The notes under the pieces: model-generated | The model's database searches: none | What the model saw: only the letters and a program-made list of their open reading frames with translations | Told to the model about the DNA's origin: nothing | Part shown: positions 30,144 through 41,063 of the stretch, piece after piece | How positions within the stretch are numbered: the stretch's first letter is position 1 | Layout of the letters: the number at the start of each line of letters is the position of its first letter | Position numbers and translations under genes: made by a program | NCBI GenBank assembly: GCA_963787125.1 | Contig: CAWBBV010000007.1 | Span: 224,001-288,000 of the forward strand | DNA length: 64,000 nucleotides | From: an uncultured delta proteobacterium | GTDB lineage: Bacteria > Desulfobacterota > Desulfuromonadia > Geobacterales > DSM-12255 | Reading direction: 5' to 3'

Positions 30144-30287
30144 GTTGATTTAGCGGGCTTGAGGGAGAATGTCGTTGACTTGGCTGACATTATTACGGTA
30201 ATACTCTACGGTTACCTTTGGCTAAAAATGAGTTAACAGCAGCAGTGTAATTATAAATTGTGACAACCCAGTACAGAATAATTTCAA

Positions 30288-30363
30288 GCCATCTTAGCTC
30301 AGTTGGTAGAGCAATTGATTCGTAATCAATAGGTCGACGGTTCGACTCCGTTAGATGGCTCCA
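30288..30363 (+). tRNA. tRNA-Thr(CGT)
   Basis: GCCATCT/AGATGGC acceptor stem, anticodon loop TT-CGT-AA, GGTTCGACTCC T arm, encoded CCA. Confidence 0.95.
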
Positions 30364-30368
30364 GTATT

Positions 30369-30403
30369 AAAGCGGGTCCAGCAATAAAGCTGGCCCGCTT
30401 TTT
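30369..30403 (+). terminator. Intrinsic terminator after the tRNA
   Basis: AAAGCGGGTCCAGC-AATAAA-GCTGGCCCGCTTTTT. Confidence 0.85.
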
Positions 30404-30544
30404 ATTATGTTTATGTAGATTCTGACGCAGGTGTATTGGTGCTAAGCCGTTGGAACAAAATCACGGTTACAACTATCAAGGCAAGAACGGCATAAGGAGC
30501 CGTAACGAAACAACAGAAATGTAACAGATATTTCGTAACGGCTC

Positions 30545-31891
30545 CTAAAAGTTAAAATGCCCAGGCGTGCGCGGGCAGGGGACAACGTCTCTGATGTTTT
30601 CCATTCCGGTTACAAGCATAAGGAGCCGCTCGAAGCCGAGGCCAAAACCGGCATGAGGGGTTGTGCCCCAGCGTCTGGTGTCAAGATACCATGACAGTGC
30701 TCCTTCGTTTATGCCGGCGGCGACCATCATTGCAAGCAGAACGTCGAGGCGTTCTTCACGCTGGCTGCCGCCAACAAGTTCTCCGATACCAGGCAAGAGC
30801 AGATCGACTGCGGCGACCGTTTTTTCGTCCGGATTGGTGCGCATATAAAATGGCTTGATATTTTTAGGATAGTCGGTGACGAAGAGCGGGCCACCAACAA
30901 GTTTCTCGGCAAGATAACGCTCATGCTCGGTCTGCAGGTCGCAGCCCCATGACGGTTGGTAGTTGAACGACTGGTTCGAGTTGAGCAACTGTTCAATTGC
31001 CTCAGTGTAGGTCATGCGGGAGAATCCGCTAGTAAGAAGTTGTCCGAGGCGGGTGACAAGCCCTTTTGAGACGTGTTGATCAAAAAAAGCCAGGTCGTCG
31101 GTACATTCATCCAGAGCAGCATTAATCAGGTGCCGAATAAAGGTTTCAATGAGTTCGATATTGTCGTCAAGATTTGCAAATGCCACTTCGGGTTCGACCA
31201 TCCAGAATTCTGCGGCGTGGCGACTGGTGTTGCTGTTTTCGGCCCTGAATGTCGGACCGAAGGTATAAACGCGCGACAGTGCCTGCGCGAAAGCTTCAGC
31301 TTCAAGTTGCCCGCTGACGGTCAGTCCGGTCGGTTGGCTGAAAAATTCGCGGTCGCTGGTTGCTCTGGCGCTGACGCGAAAAAGCTCTCCGGCCCCTTCG
31401 CAGTCATTGGCGGTGATAATAGGAGTGTGTAGATACTGAAACCCCTGTTTTTGAAAGAACTGATGGATTGAATGTGCCATGGCTGAGCGCACCCGGAATA
31501 CTGCACCGAAAGTGTTGGTTCTGGCCCGTAAATGGCCAATAGTCCGAAGATATTCAAAGGAGTGACGCTTATTCTGCACCGGATACTGCTCATCGGATAC
31601 GCCCACTAGTTCAAGCGCTGTCACCTTTAACTCTCCGGTCTGCCCTGTGGCCGGTGACTGCTGCCAGATGCCACGGGCTGAAATGGCACAACCGGTAGTG
31701 AGTCGGTCGGCTGTCTCCTTGAGTATTGAGCCCGCTTCTACTACCAACTGCAGGCCGGAGATGTCGGAGCCGTCGTTGACTGTCACGAATGTCACTGATT
31801 GCTGGCTCCGGACGCTTCTCACCCAGCCACGAACCAACTGTTCGCTGCTGAATTCTTTACCCTTTATTTCGTTAATAAGTGGTGGCAGCAT
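30545..31891 (-). CDS. asnS: Asparagine-tRNA ligase
   Basis: RGWVRS, DCEGAGELF, TVSGQL, GPTFRAENSNTSRHAAEFWMVEPE, GGSQREER. Confidence 0.95.
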   Translation of the reverse strand: MLPPLINEIKGKEFSSEQLVRGWVRSVRSQQSVTFVTVNDGSDISGLQLVVEAGSILKETADRLTTGCAISARGIWQQSPATGQTGELKVTALELVGVSDEQYPVQNKRHSFEYLRTIGHLRARTNTFGAVFRVRSAMAHSIHQFFQKQGFQYLHTPIITANDCEGAGELFRVSARATSDREFFSQPTGLTVSGQLEAEAFAQALSRVYTFGPTFRAENSNTSRHAAEFWMVEPEVAFANLDDNIELIETFIRHLINAALDECTDDLAFFDQHVSKGLVTRLGQLLTSGFSRMTYTEAIEQLLNSNQSFNYQPSWGCDLQTEHERYLAEKLVGGPLFVTDYPKNIKPFYMRTNPDEKTVAAVDLLLPGIGELVGGSQREERLDVLLAMMVAAGINEGALSWYLDTRRWGTTPHAGFGLGFERLLMLVTGMENIRDVVPCPRTPGHFNF

Positions 31892-32129
31892 ATGCAGGTG
31901 TCTCCCGTAGTAGAAAATTATGAACTAGATACAATTTGCTTATTTGGCACATAAGCAAGCAAGGCGTAGTTGATGCTTTTTGTACGGAAACGGAAAACTG
32001 ACTGTGCCGGCTATGGAAAGCAGGGGAGGCGGCATCGGCAGCAGTAATTTATTCTTGATTTAGCGACTTTACAGGGCTATATCTAACACCAGAGTTTAAA
32101 GACCTCCTCATTGATGGAGACAATATCTG

Positions 32130-32888
32130 ATGAATATCAGGGTTCTCGGTTGCGCCGGCACAGTATCGACAGAGTCCAAAACATCGGCATTCCTCATTAA
32201 TGATAACATCCTGCTGGACGGTGGCACAATCTGCTCGTCCCTGTCCCTTGAAGAGCTACAAGCGCTTAAACATATTTTCATATCACATCCCCACTTCGAT
32301 CACATCAAGGGACTCCCTTCGCTGGCGGAGACGCTTGTTTTCATGGATGAGCCGCTGCCAATCACCATACACGCTTCCGCAATGGCGATAAAGTCGATTC
32401 GCGAGCATATAATGAACGGCATAATCTGGCCGGACTTCTCAAAATTGCCGAGTGAGAGCGCCCCGGTGATCAAGTACAATTGCCTGGCCGAGGGGAATCC
32501 CGTCAGGGTTGATGGACTTGCCGTCACACCTTTCTTTCTCTATCACAACTATTCGGATTTTGGCTATCTGCTTGACGACGGCAAAAGTTCACTTCTTTAC
32601 ACGAGTGATATCGGGCCTGATGCCGAGCTCAGCACAAACGGGCTGGTGCCTGATTCGCTGATAATTGAGGTCTCCTTCCCGAATGAGAACGAGGAACTTG
32701 CCCTGCGTACCGGGCATCTTACACCAATATTACTGATGGATATGCTTAAACGTCTCCCAACCTTGCCACGCAACATCTATGTTTCGCATCTCAAAACCTA
32801 CTTCAAGGATAAGATAGTACGACAGCTTACGTCACTCGGTCTGTCGAACCTGACTGTGTTGAATGATGGCGATATCCTGGAACTCTGA
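32130..32888 (+). CDS. MBL-fold metallohydrolase (class II cyclic-nucleotide phosphodiesterase-like)
   Basis: SHPHFDHIKG, IWPDF, IIEVSFPN, GHLTP. Confidence 0.8.
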   Translation: MNIRVLGCAGTVSTESKTSAFLINDNILLDGGTICSSLSLEELQALKHIFISHPHFDHIKGLPSLAETLVFMDEPLPITIHASAMAIKSIREHIMNGIIWPDFSKLPSESAPVIKYNCLAEGNPVRVDGLAVTPFFLYHNYSDFGYLLDDGKSSLLYTSDIGPDAELSTNGLVPDSLIIEVSFPNENEELALRTGHLTPILLMDMLKRLPTLPRNIYVSHLKTYFKDKIVRQLTSLGLSNLTVLNDGDILEL

Positions 32889-32902
32889 ACGTACCAAAAA
32901 AA

Positions 32903-33700
32903 TCAGCTCAGCATTATGAATCCTGCCTGTCTCCCCGTCTCACCTGCATCACGGCGATAAGAGAAAAACCAATCGTGCTGACAGCAGACGCACTGGGGGG
33001 TCGTCTCAATATGCTCATCTTGAATCCCGGCGGCCAGCAGCTGCTGCCTGTTTGCAGCGGCAAGATCAAGTTTCCATTTGCCGTTGCCACTCTCCTCTGC
33101 ACAGTAGCCCCACTCGATACCACTCTCTGAAAACGCCTTCATTACCGGCTCGTCTACTTCATAGCAACATCCTTTGATCGCCGGGCCGAGCGCCGCCAGA
33201 ATATGGCTGGAGTTTGAGCCGAAAATCTTTACAAGAGTTTCGACACCTTTGGCGGCGATGTTAGCGGCAGTTCCTTTCCAGCCGGCATGGAGAGCGGCAG
33301 CAACCCCTTTAACCGGGTCAAGAAGAAGGAGCGGCAGGCAGTCTGCCACGCCGACAGCAATCATTATTCCCGGTTGGTTGGTAACAATACCGTCACACTG
33401 CAACCGCTGGAAGTGTGCATAATCTGGGTTTGGCTCATCTATAACGAGAATGTCGGTACCGTGGCATTGGTTGACCATTACCAGTTTTTCAACTCGTGTA
33501 CCGAATGTTCTGGTTAGAAGGCTCCTGTTACCCTGGACATTATGGGGCGAATCAAATGTGTTGGCACCGAGATTAAGTGAGTTGTACGGCGCCCTGGAAA
33601 CCCCTTCGTGGCGGGTGGTGAACCCCTGGACAGAAACCTGACGCTCAGCCATATGAGCAGGTTCAAGGTAGTGGATATTATTTTTACGTATTATCTCCAT
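32903..33700 (-). CDS. pgeF: YfiH/PgeF-family protein
   Basis: SLNLG, NQCHG, ADCLP, HAGWKG, FFSYRR; downstream of rluD. Confidence 0.92.
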   Translation of the reverse strand: MEIIRKNNIHYLEPAHMAERQVSVQGFTTRHEGVSRAPYNSLNLGANTFDSPHNVQGNRSLLTRTFGTRVEKLVMVNQCHGTDILVIDEPNPDYAHFQRLQCDGIVTNQPGIMIAVGVADCLPLLLLDPVKGVAAALHAGWKGTAANIAAKGVETLVKIFGSNSSHILAALGPAIKGCCYEVDEPVMKAFSESGIEWGYCAEESGNGKWKLDLAAANRQQLLAAGIQDEHIETTPQCVCCQHDWFFSYRRDAGETGRQAGFIMLS

Positions 33701-33730
33701 AAAATACTCCTAATTTTATTGCTCAAATTC

Positions 33731-34687
33731 TCAACATTCAACAGATTTATCAAGGTAATCCAGAATGCGCTGCATATCTTCCGGAAGTTCAGAGTCAAAC
33801 TCCACATATTCACCTTTAACGGGGTGGATAAATCCGAGGGTCTTTGCATGAAGGGCCTGACGGCCAAGCTCTTTGACGAGAGATTTAAGTTTAGCATCTT
33901 TGATGTTCCCCAAACGGGCGTCGCCACCATAGACAGAATCACCGAGAAGAGGATGTTTTGCTTCAGACAGGTGAACTCTGATCTGGTGTGTCCGTCCGGT
34001 TTCGAGTCTCAATTGGAGCAGGCTGACTCCGGGGTAGCGAGCCAGGACCTTCCAGTGAGTGACTGCATGCCTGCCATGCTTTGAGTTACCGGACATCTTT
34101 TTCCGTTCTACAGGGTGACGACCGATGTCGCCTTCTATGCGGCCCTTGTCGGTTTTCGGTGAGCCGAAAACTAGGGCAAGGTAGACCCGTTTTACTGTAT
34201 GCTGGCTGAATTGGGCCGCAAGCCCCTGATGGGCTGCATCATTTTTGGCAACGACCAGAATTCCAGTGGTGTCTTTGTCTATCCTGTGCACTATGCCGGG
34301 TCTTACCTCGCCGCCGATGCCGGAGAGGTCGGTACAGTGGGCGAGCAGGCCGTTGACAAGCGTACCGCTGGGTGCGCCTGCTCCGGGGTGAACGGTAAGC
34401 CCTGCCGGTTTATTGACAACAATAACATCAGCATCCTCAAAGAGAATGTCGAGCTGCATTACTTCAGGCAGCGCTGTTGAGGGTGCGGGTGGAGGGACAC
34501 AGATCGTGATCACTTCCCCCTCAGAGATTTTGTGGGACGATTTCACGGCTATCCCGTTAACCAGGATCTGCCCTTGCTCTACCAACCGCTGAACGGCCGA
34601 GCGAGTGAGTTCCTCAAGTGAAGCTGCAATGAATGCATCGAGTCTCTCTCCGCACTGTTCTGCCGTTACTATAATTGATTCGTCCAT
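33731..34687 (-). CDS. rluD: 23S rRNA pseudouridine synthase
   Basis: S4 domain, VNKPAGL, HRIDKDTTG, TGRTHQIRVH. Confidence 0.92.
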   Translation of the reverse strand: MDESIIVTAEQCGERLDAFIAASLEELTRSAVQRLVEQGQILVNGIAVKSSHKISEGEVITICVPPPAPSTALPEVMQLDILFEDADVIVVNKPAGLTVHPGAGAPSGTLVNGLLAHCTDLSGIGGEVRPGIVHRIDKDTTGILVVAKNDAAHQGLAAQFSQHTVKRVYLALVFGSPKTDKGRIEGDIGRHPVERKKMSGNSKHGRHAVTHWKVLARYPGVSLLQLRLETGRTHQIRVHLSEAKHPLLGDSVYGGDARLGNIKDAKLKSLVKELGRQALHAKTLGFIHPVKGEYVEFDSELPEDMQRILDYLDKSVEC

Positions 34688-34842
34688 TTACCCCGCCAAA
34701 AAAGTAAAGGCGCGATTGGTCAAAAACCGCGCCCCGCTTTACCGTTAGCTGCTATTTAAGTAAGTAGAAAGTTACTTTCTGCACGTTTCAGGGAGAAAAT
34801 AACTTCATCAACACACTTATCCTGTCTGTCAAAGGTCCGGGA

Positions 34843-35106
34843 TCACCAGATTCTGGACTCGATCTTGCCGGCCCGCTTTACCAGCACATCAACTATGGCC
34901 AGGTCAAAGAAGTTTGTTCCGGAGAGCTCTGGTGAGACACGAGAGTTATAATGCTGTCTCCCTTCTTCCAGCTCGTCAGTAAGAATGTCAAACAGAGTGT
35001 CGTTCTTTATGCCGTCTTCAACTTTTTCACGATTGTAAATCGCAACATCAGAAAGGATTGCCCGTGCCAATCTTCTGGCCTGGTCAGGATTTTCGATAAA
35101 ATTCAT
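34843..35106 (-). CDS. Small hypothetical protein
   Basis: 87-aa ORF (ARRLARAILSDVAIYN) with a GGGGAAG RBS, co-oriented between the protease and rluD. Confidence 0.65.
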   Translation of the reverse strand: MNFIENPDQARRLARAILSDVAIYNREKVEDGIKNDTLFDILTDELEEGRQHYNSRVSPELSGTNFFDLAIVDVLVKRAGKIESRIW

Positions 35107-35173
35107 GAAGCTTCCCCCGTTGCGCTGCAAGCTTGCAAATAATTACTGATTATACTGAAAATTTCATCTCTTG

Positions 35174-36601
35174 CTACCTTAATTTTAAGGCAAAGTAGAT
35201 ACTTGCATTTCCGCGCCGTACAAGCAGAGCCACACTGCCCCGTTTTTCCGCAGACTTCATGGCTGTTTCATACTCCGCAAGAGTGGCAGTTCTGTTTTGA
35301 TTTACCGAAATAATTATGTCACCGCGTTGGATGCCACTTTCAGCGGCGCTGCTCTCCGGCTCGACTGCAGTGACTATTACCCCGGCAATCCCTCCTCTAG
35401 CCTTGCTGCGCGGAAGTTCATCGACATCAAGTCCTAACCAGGCTGCCACTGCCTTTGTCGGCCTGGGTTTCTTTGCCTCGGCGCTCTCGCCGCTGGCAAG
35501 TTGCAGACTGATCTTCAGCTGCTTGCCGTCACGGAAAATTTCGGCAATAATCTCTTTACCGATTGCGGCTTCGGCAACTGCGAGCTGAAGCTGGCGGGCG
35601 TCCTTGATCTCTTTGCCGTCAAAAGTGACCAGAATGTCCCCCTGCTTAAGTCCGGCTTTTTCAGCCGGGCTGCCGGTCATGACGTCAGAAATCAGGGCAC
35701 CCTTGACTCTTTGCAGCCCAAATGAGGCGGCAATATCTTCTGTAACCGGCTGAATGGCAACTCCGAGCCAGGCTCTTGTCACACTCCCTTTTTTTATCAG
35801 CTGCTCAACGACCTTTTTGGCCATGTTGACAGGTATTGCAAAACCTATCCCCTGTCCGGCAGCGACAATCGCGGTATTTATGCCGATAACTTCACCGTTC
35901 ACATTGAGTAAGGGCCCGCCTGAATTGCCAGGATTAATGGAGGCATCGGTCTGGATAAAGTTCTCAAAGGTCTCGATCCCCATGTTAGAGCGACCGGTTG
36001 CCGAGACAACACCGACAGTGACCGTGCGGTCGAGTCCGAACGGATTGCCGATGGCTATCGCCCACTGCCCGACTAAAAGTTTGTCCGAGTCCCCGAGCAC
36101 TGCCACGGGGAGCGGTTCCTTGGCGTTTATTTTGATAACGGCAATATCAGATTTCGGGTCACTGCCGACGACTTTAGCGTCATAAATTGTTTCATTGGAG
36201 AGTTTCACCTGAATACTCTCGGCATCCCGCACAACATGGTCATTAGTGATGATGTAGCCATCCTTGTTGATGATAAAACCGGAACCAAGGCTCGACTCCT
36301 TCCGGTAACGGGGCTTGGATGGCATCTCTTCAAAAAGATCACCGAAGAATGGGGCAATCTCGATAAACGGTTGTACAACCTTTTTTTTGCTGACTGTAGA
36401 GATGTTGACGACTGACGGGGTGACCACTTTAACAAGATTGGTGAACGCCTGCTGGGTAGCCAGAATGTCCTTCGGCACTTCCTTTACCGGTGAATCAACT
36501 TTGCCGGTTTCGTAAAAGATGTTTTTCTCTTTTTCTTTACCACAGGCAGAAAGAGAGAATAGAAGGGCTGTCAGCAATATAAACAGACGTTTAAGTAGCA
36601 T
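35174..36601 (-). CDS. degP: Do/DegP-family serine protease with two PDZ domains
   Basis: GSGFII, TNDHVV, IQTDASINPGNSGGP; lipobox LSAC. Confidence 0.92.
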   Translation of the reverse strand: MLLKRLFILLTALLFSLSACGKEKEKNIFYETGKVDSPVKEVPKDILATQQAFTNLVKVVTPSVVNISTVSKKKVVQPFIEIAPFFGDLFEEMPSKPRYRKESSLGSGFIINKDGYIITNDHVVRDAESIQVKLSNETIYDAKVVGSDPKSDIAVIKINAKEPLPVAVLGDSDKLLVGQWAIAIGNPFGLDRTVTVGVVSATGRSNMGIETFENFIQTDASINPGNSGGPLLNVNGEVIGINTAIVAAGQGIGFAIPVNMAKKVVEQLIKKGSVTRAWLGVAIQPVTEDIAASFGLQRVKGALISDVMTGSPAEKAGLKQGDILVTFDGKEIKDARQLQLAVAEAAIGKEIIAEIFRDGKQLKISLQLASGESAEAKKPRPTKAVAAWLGLDVDELPRSKARGGIAGVIVTAVEPESSAAESGIQRGDIIISVNQNRTATLAEYETAMKSAEKRGSVALLVRRGNASIYFALKLR

Positions 36602-36819
36602 GGCTCAGGTACCTCGAATGGTGTATGAAGCTGTTGCAAGGGTAGTCAAATGCAGGTGACTTGTCAACCTGCTCCGGTTTTAGCAATGCCGGTTTTGCAG
36701 TCTGTCTTTCCTGATTGTCCGGTTTAATTGACATTTTGCAGATTTATTCTTGCACAAAATAATATCAAATGAAAGAATGTCAAGGTTTTGAGAAAGCTGG
36801 TTACCTGGAGCGGTAAATT

Positions 36820-37713
36820 ATGGATACACTAGATATCCTGGAAAACGAATCAATCCGGATCATCCGCGAAGCGGTAGCGCAAGCTGAAAAACCGGCAATG
36901 CTCTATTCTATCGGCAAAGACTCTTCTGTGATGCTTCATCTGGCGCTGAAGGCGTTCTACCCGCTGAAACCGCCCTTGCCGCTGGTACATGTGGACACAA
37001 CCTGGAAATTCAAAGAGATGATAACCTTTCGCGACGAGACTGTTGCCCGGCTCGGTCTGGAGTTGATAACCTATACGAATGAAGAGGGGGTCGCGCAAGG
37101 GATCTCGCCATTCACCCATGGCAGCAAAGTCTACACTGATATCATGAAAACCGAGGCGCTGCGTAAAGTGCTGGATATGTTCCGTTTTGACATGATTTTC
37201 GGTGGTGCGCGCCGGGACGAGGAGAAGAGCCGGGCCAAGGAGCGGGTCTTCTCCTTTCGCGATGCGGGGCACAGGTGGGAGCCGCGCGGGCAGCGGCCCG
37301 AACTCTGGTCGATCCCGAATCTGCGCAAAAAGAAGGACGAGAGTTTCCGGGTTTTCCCGCTGTCGAACTGGACTGAACTTGATGTCTGGCGATATATTCA
37401 GCGCGAAAATATTCCGACCGTCCCGCTCTATTTTGCGGCAAAACGCCCGGTGGTAAAGCGTGACGGCCAGTGGCTGCTGCTCGATGACGAACGGCTGAAA
37501 CTTTTGCCGGGAGAAATGGCTGAAATGAGAATGATCCGTTTCCGAACTCTTGGTTGCTATCCGCTCACCGCCGGGGTCGAATCAACTGCTGCTACGGTCG
37601 CCGAAATAGTTGCCGAACTGGAAGCTGCCGACACCTCCGAGCGCTGTGGCCGGCTGATTGATTTTGATCAGGCGGGCAGCATGGAGAAAAAGAAGCAGGA
37701 GGGGTATTTCTGA
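36820..37713 (+). CDS. cysD: Sulfate adenylyltransferase subunit 2
   Basis: [35 protein letters not shown]. Confidence 0.97.
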   Translation: MDTLDILENESIRIIREAVAQAEKPAMLYSIGKDSSVMLHLALKAFYPLKPPLPLVHVDTTWKFKEMITFRDETVARLGLELITYTNEEGVAQGISPFTHGSKVYTDIMKTEALRKVLDMFRFDMIFGGARRDEEKSRAKERVFSFRDAGHRWEPRGQRPELWSIPNLRKKKDESFRVFPLSNWTELDVWRYIQRENIPTVPLYFAAKRPVVKRDGQWLLLDDERLKLLPGEMAEMRMIRFRTLGCYPLTAGVESTAATVAEIVAELEAADTSERCGRLIDFDQAGSMEKKKQEGYF

Positions 37714-39623
37714 TGAGCGGCGAAGTGCTGAAATTTCTCACTTGCGGCAGTGTCGATGACGGCAAATCAACCTTGATAGGACACCTGCTTTACCTGACGG
37801 GCAATATCCCTGTTGATCAGCTGCAAACTCTTGAGAGTGAAAGCGCCAGAATCGGCACCGCTGGAGGGGCCATGGACTATTCGCTGCTTCTTGACGGCCT
37901 GATGGCTGAGCGGGAGCAGGGGATTACCATAGATGTTGCTTATCGCTATTTCAACGCTTGCGGTCGCAAATTCATTGTTGCTGATACGCCGGGGCATGAA
38001 CAGTACACCCGCAACATGGCGACCGGTGCGTCTCAGTGTGATGCTGCGCTGATATTGGTGGATGTCCAGCAGGGGATCCTCCCCCAGACGCGGCGCCATG
38101 CTCTTATCTGCGGCTTGATGGGGATAACCCGTTTGCTCTTTGTCATCAACAAAATGGATCGTGTTGGCTTTGATGAAGTGGCCTACCGACGGGTGGAGAC
38201 CCAGAAGACAGCACTGCTTGCCGACCTTGAGAGTTTCGGTCTGAACCTTGTCGAATCAGCGGTCATACCGGTTTCCGCCCTGACCGGAGACAATCTGGCA
38301 ACAGTTTCCGCCAACATGGCCTGGTACTCCGGCGCAACGCTTCTTGAATGGCTTGCTGCTGTCGAACCGGGGTCGTGGCGGGATGCTGCAGCGCTCCGCT
38401 TGCCGGTGCAGTATGTCATCAAGGGGCAACGGGGCGGCGAGGGGTGGCAGCATACTGCTGCAGCTGAGCTAAAGAATGCTGTCGGCGGAACTTTTCGTGC
38501 CTATGCCGGCACTGTGACTTCAGGGTCGATTGCCTGCGGCGATGAGCTGATCTCTCTGCCGGCGGGACTGCCGGTAAAAGTCGCTTCAATACTGGCCGGT
38601 GACCGGCAGGTAGAGTCGGCGTCAGCCGGTATGGCTGTTGCGGTGACACTGACGGGGGAACACGATATTGTCAGCGGTGACCTGTTGGTTCCGTTACGAG
38701 AACGGCCTGAGGTTGCCGACCAGTTCAAGGTGCGACTAATCTGGATGGATGAAAGTCCGCTTTTTGCCGGTCGCCAGTACGACCTGCATGGCGCTGCCGG
38801 TGTTGCCAAGGCAGAAATAATGCGGCTGCGCAACCGGATAGAGCCGGAATCACTCCGGCGGCTGGCGACCCACAACCTTGCCAAGAACGATATTGCTGAA
38901 GCCGAAATTCACCTTTCCAGGCCGATCCCCTTCGACCCTTATGCCAAAAATCGCGAAACCGGCGCATTCATCCTTGTCGACCGCCTGACCAATGCCACTG
39001 CCTGCTGCGGCATGATTCTCCATTCACTGCGCAAAGGGGAAAACGTCCACTGGCAGCCGGAAACAGTCAGCCGTCAGACCCGCAGCGGCATCAAGGGGCA
39101 TGCCCCAATGGTTGTCTGGTTTACCGGGCTATCAGGTTCCGGCAAATCAACTGTCGCCAACGCCCTGGAGTCAAGGCTCAATGCCATGGGACGCCATACC
39201 ATGCTCCTGGACGGGGACAATATCCGCCACGGTCTTAACCGCGACCTTGGCTTTACCGAGACTGACCGGATCGAAAACGTCCGCCGCATCGGTGAAGTTG
39301 CCAAGTTGATGACAGATGCCGGCCTGATTGTTATTACAGCATTTATCTCCCCCTTCAGAGCGGAGCGGAATCTGGTTCGGGAGATGCTGCCCGAAGCAGA
39401 ATTCATCGAAATCTTTGTTGATACCCCGCTGGAAATCTGCGAACAGCGAGACCCCAAGGGGCTCTACAAAAAGGCGCGGCTGGGGCAGTTACCCAACTTC
39501 ACCGGCATCAGCTCTCCTTATGAAGCGCCACTCGATCCGGAGCTGGTAGTTGACACCACGACTGTTTCGCTTGAGGAAAGCGTGGAGAGGATACTGCACT
39601 TAATTGAAAGGCAGGGTAGATAG
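37713..39623 (+). CDS. cysNC: Sulfate adenylyltransferase subunit 1 / APS kinase fusion (NodQ-like)
   Basis: [49 protein letters not shown]. Confidence 0.96.
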   Translation: MSGEVLKFLTCGSVDDGKSTLIGHLLYLTGNIPVDQLQTLESESARIGTAGGAMDYSLLLDGLMAEREQGITIDVAYRYFNACGRKFIVADTPGHEQYTRNMATGASQCDAALILVDVQQGILPQTRRHALICGLMGITRLLFVINKMDRVGFDEVAYRRVETQKTALLADLESFGLNLVESAVIPVSALTGDNLATVSANMAWYSGATLLEWLAAVEPGSWRDAAALRLPVQYVIKGQRGGEGWQHTAAAELKNAVGGTFRAYAGTVTSGSIACGDELISLPAGLPVKVASILAGDRQVESASAGMAVAVTLTGEHDIVSGDLLVPLRERPEVADQFKVRLIWMDESPLFAGRQYDLHGAAGVAKAEIMRLRNRIEPESLRRLATHNLAKNDIAEAEIHLSRPIPFDPYAKNRETGAFILVDRLTNATACCGMILHSLRKGENVHWQPETVSRQTRSGIKGHAPMVVWFTGLSGSGKSTVANALESRLNAMGRHTMLLDGDNIRHGLNRDLGFTETDRIENVRRIGEVAKLMTDAGLIVITAFISPFRAERNLVREMLPEAEFIEIFVDTPLEICEQRDPKGLYKKARLGQLPNFTGISSPYEAPLDPELVVDTTTVSLEESVERILHLIERQGR

Positions 39624-39625
39624 CC

Positions 39626-39710
39626 ATGATTGATTGCCCTAAAATTTCCATTGTCACCCCTCCTTCAATCAGGGGGAGTTCCTGGAAAAGACCATTCTTT
39701 TCGGTAGTTA
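39626..39710 (+). pseudogene. 5' fragment copy 1 of the GT2 gene at 41429
   Basis: [27 protein letters not shown] with one base missing in a C run; similarity ends before the MNT gene. Confidence 0.75.
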
Positions 39711-39738
39711 TTGAATCCGAATTTCGGAGATATACCAT

Positions 39739-40008
39739 ATGGCAATGAACAATGAGCAACTCGAAATAGTTAAAAAAATGGTCATTGAGTATGGCGCAAG
39801 TCGTCTGATCCTTTTTGGTAGCATGCTTGACAATCCGACAGAGGCTAGAGACATCGATCTCGCTTGTGACGGTGTCTCCGGCTGGAAGCTGTTTGAGTTG
39901 GCTGCACGATTGGAAGAAGCGCTACACACGCCACTTGATCTTGTCCCTTTAACACCAGCAAGCAGATTTACCCGATTAATAGAAGAAAGGGGACAACGAT
40001 TACTATGA
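39739..40008 (+). CDS. Minimal nucleotidyltransferase antitoxin
   Basis: LILFGS...RDIDLA...LDLVP, 89 aa. Confidence 0.85.
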   Translation: MAMNNEQLEIVKKMVIEYGASRLILFGSMLDNPTEARDIDLACDGVSGWKLFELAARLEEALHTPLDLVPLTPASRFTRLIEERGQRLL

Positions 40009-40466
40009 CTTCAGCTCAACTGCGAGAAGAGATTGACATTGAAATGGACTGTCTCAGCACATTGGCGCAGGAGATTAACTCGCTACAAAAGGATGTAGAA
40101 GGACGTGAAGCTACTGTCCGGGAAAGGACCGCTGCGGCGGCATTTCTTGCCCAGTTCTATGGAGGGATTGAAAACATACTTAAGCGAATCCATCGTTACT
40201 ATGGACTGGACCTCCCGACAGGTGACACCTGGCACCTTGATTTATTTAGAAGGTTTTGTTCGCCTGCCCATGAATTAATGCCCCTGCTTTTTGAGGCGCA
40301 ACTTGCAATGGAGCTTTCACCTTTCAGGAAGTTTCGTCATGTTGTACACCATGGTTATGGATTTCAGGTTGAGTGGGAAAGGATCATTGCAGGGATTGAG
40401 TCTGTTGAGGGCGTTTTTGCCGCTTTCAGGGTCTCAGTGAACCGATTTGTAGACGATTTAAAGTGA
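40005..40466 (+). CDS. HEPN-domain RNase toxin (HepT-like)
   Basis: [25 protein letters not shown] (RX4HXY); ATGA overlap with the MNT gene. Confidence 0.85.
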   Translation: MTSAQLREEIDIEMDCLSTLAQEINSLQKDVEGREATVRERTAAAAFLAQFYGGIENILKRIHRYYGLDLPTGDTWHLDLFRRFCSPAHELMPLLFEAQLAMELSPFRKFRHVVHHGYGFQVEWERIIAGIESVEGVFAAFRVSVNRFVDDLK

Positions 40467-40473
40467 GGTTGTC

Positions 40474-40614
40474 ATGACTACCCTCCCCAAAATATCCATA
40501 GTTACCCCCTCCTTCAACCAGGGGAAGTTTCTCGAAAAGACCATTCTCTCCGTGCTTGAGCAGGGATACCCCAATCTTGAGTACATCGTCATCGACGGCG
40601 GCAGTAATGTCTAA
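40474..40614 (+). pseudogene. 5' fragment copy 2 (46 codons) of the GT2 gene at 41429
   Basis: [46 protein letters not shown], nearly identical to the N-terminus of 41429-42391. Confidence 0.85.
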
Positions 40615-40650
40615 AGTCATTTTAAGCGCGGAGTTGCAGAGGCATAGAGG

Positions 40651-41049
40651 GTGAGGCGTATGCATTTGAATGAAATTTCCAAATGTATTGTGGATGCAGC
40701 AATTGAAGTTCATAGGAATCTTGGTGGGCCAGGTCTTCTTGAAAATGTTTATGAAGAGGCATTGGCTTGGGAGTTGCTTCAGCGCGGTTTTATAGTTGAA
40801 AGGCAGCTTCTTGTGCCGATATTTTACAAAGGCAATGAACTGGGATCGCCACTTAAGCTTGATTTGTTGATTGAAAAACGCATTATCGTCGAAGTGAAAG
40901 CAACCTCGAATTATAACCCGATATTTGAAGCTCAGATTCTTACCTACCTCCGCATGATGGATCTCAAGGTTGGATTAGTCATCAATTTTGGTGAGAAATA
41001 TGTTAAAGATGGCATCCGGCGGGTGGTAAGCGGACTTATTGAACCGTAA
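40651..41049 (+). CDS. GxxExxY protein (PD-(D/E)XK nuclease-like)
   Basis: GPGLLENVY, LDLLIE..IIVEVKA, QILTYL, GLVINFG; likely start is ATG 40660. Confidence 0.92.
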   Translation: MRRMHLNEISKCIVDAAIEVHRNLGGPGLLENVYEEALAWELLQRGFIVERQLLVPIFYKGNELGSPLKLDLLIEKRIIVEVKATSNYNPIFEAQILTYLRMMDLKVGLVINFGEKYVKDGIRRVVSGLIEP

Positions 41050-41063
41050 ATTCAAAAACAATT

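Noticed and set aside
30288..31891. tRNA-Thr as the integration site of an island
   Set aside because: No integrase and no duplicated tRNA 3' end seen in the window; downstream genes are housekeeping.
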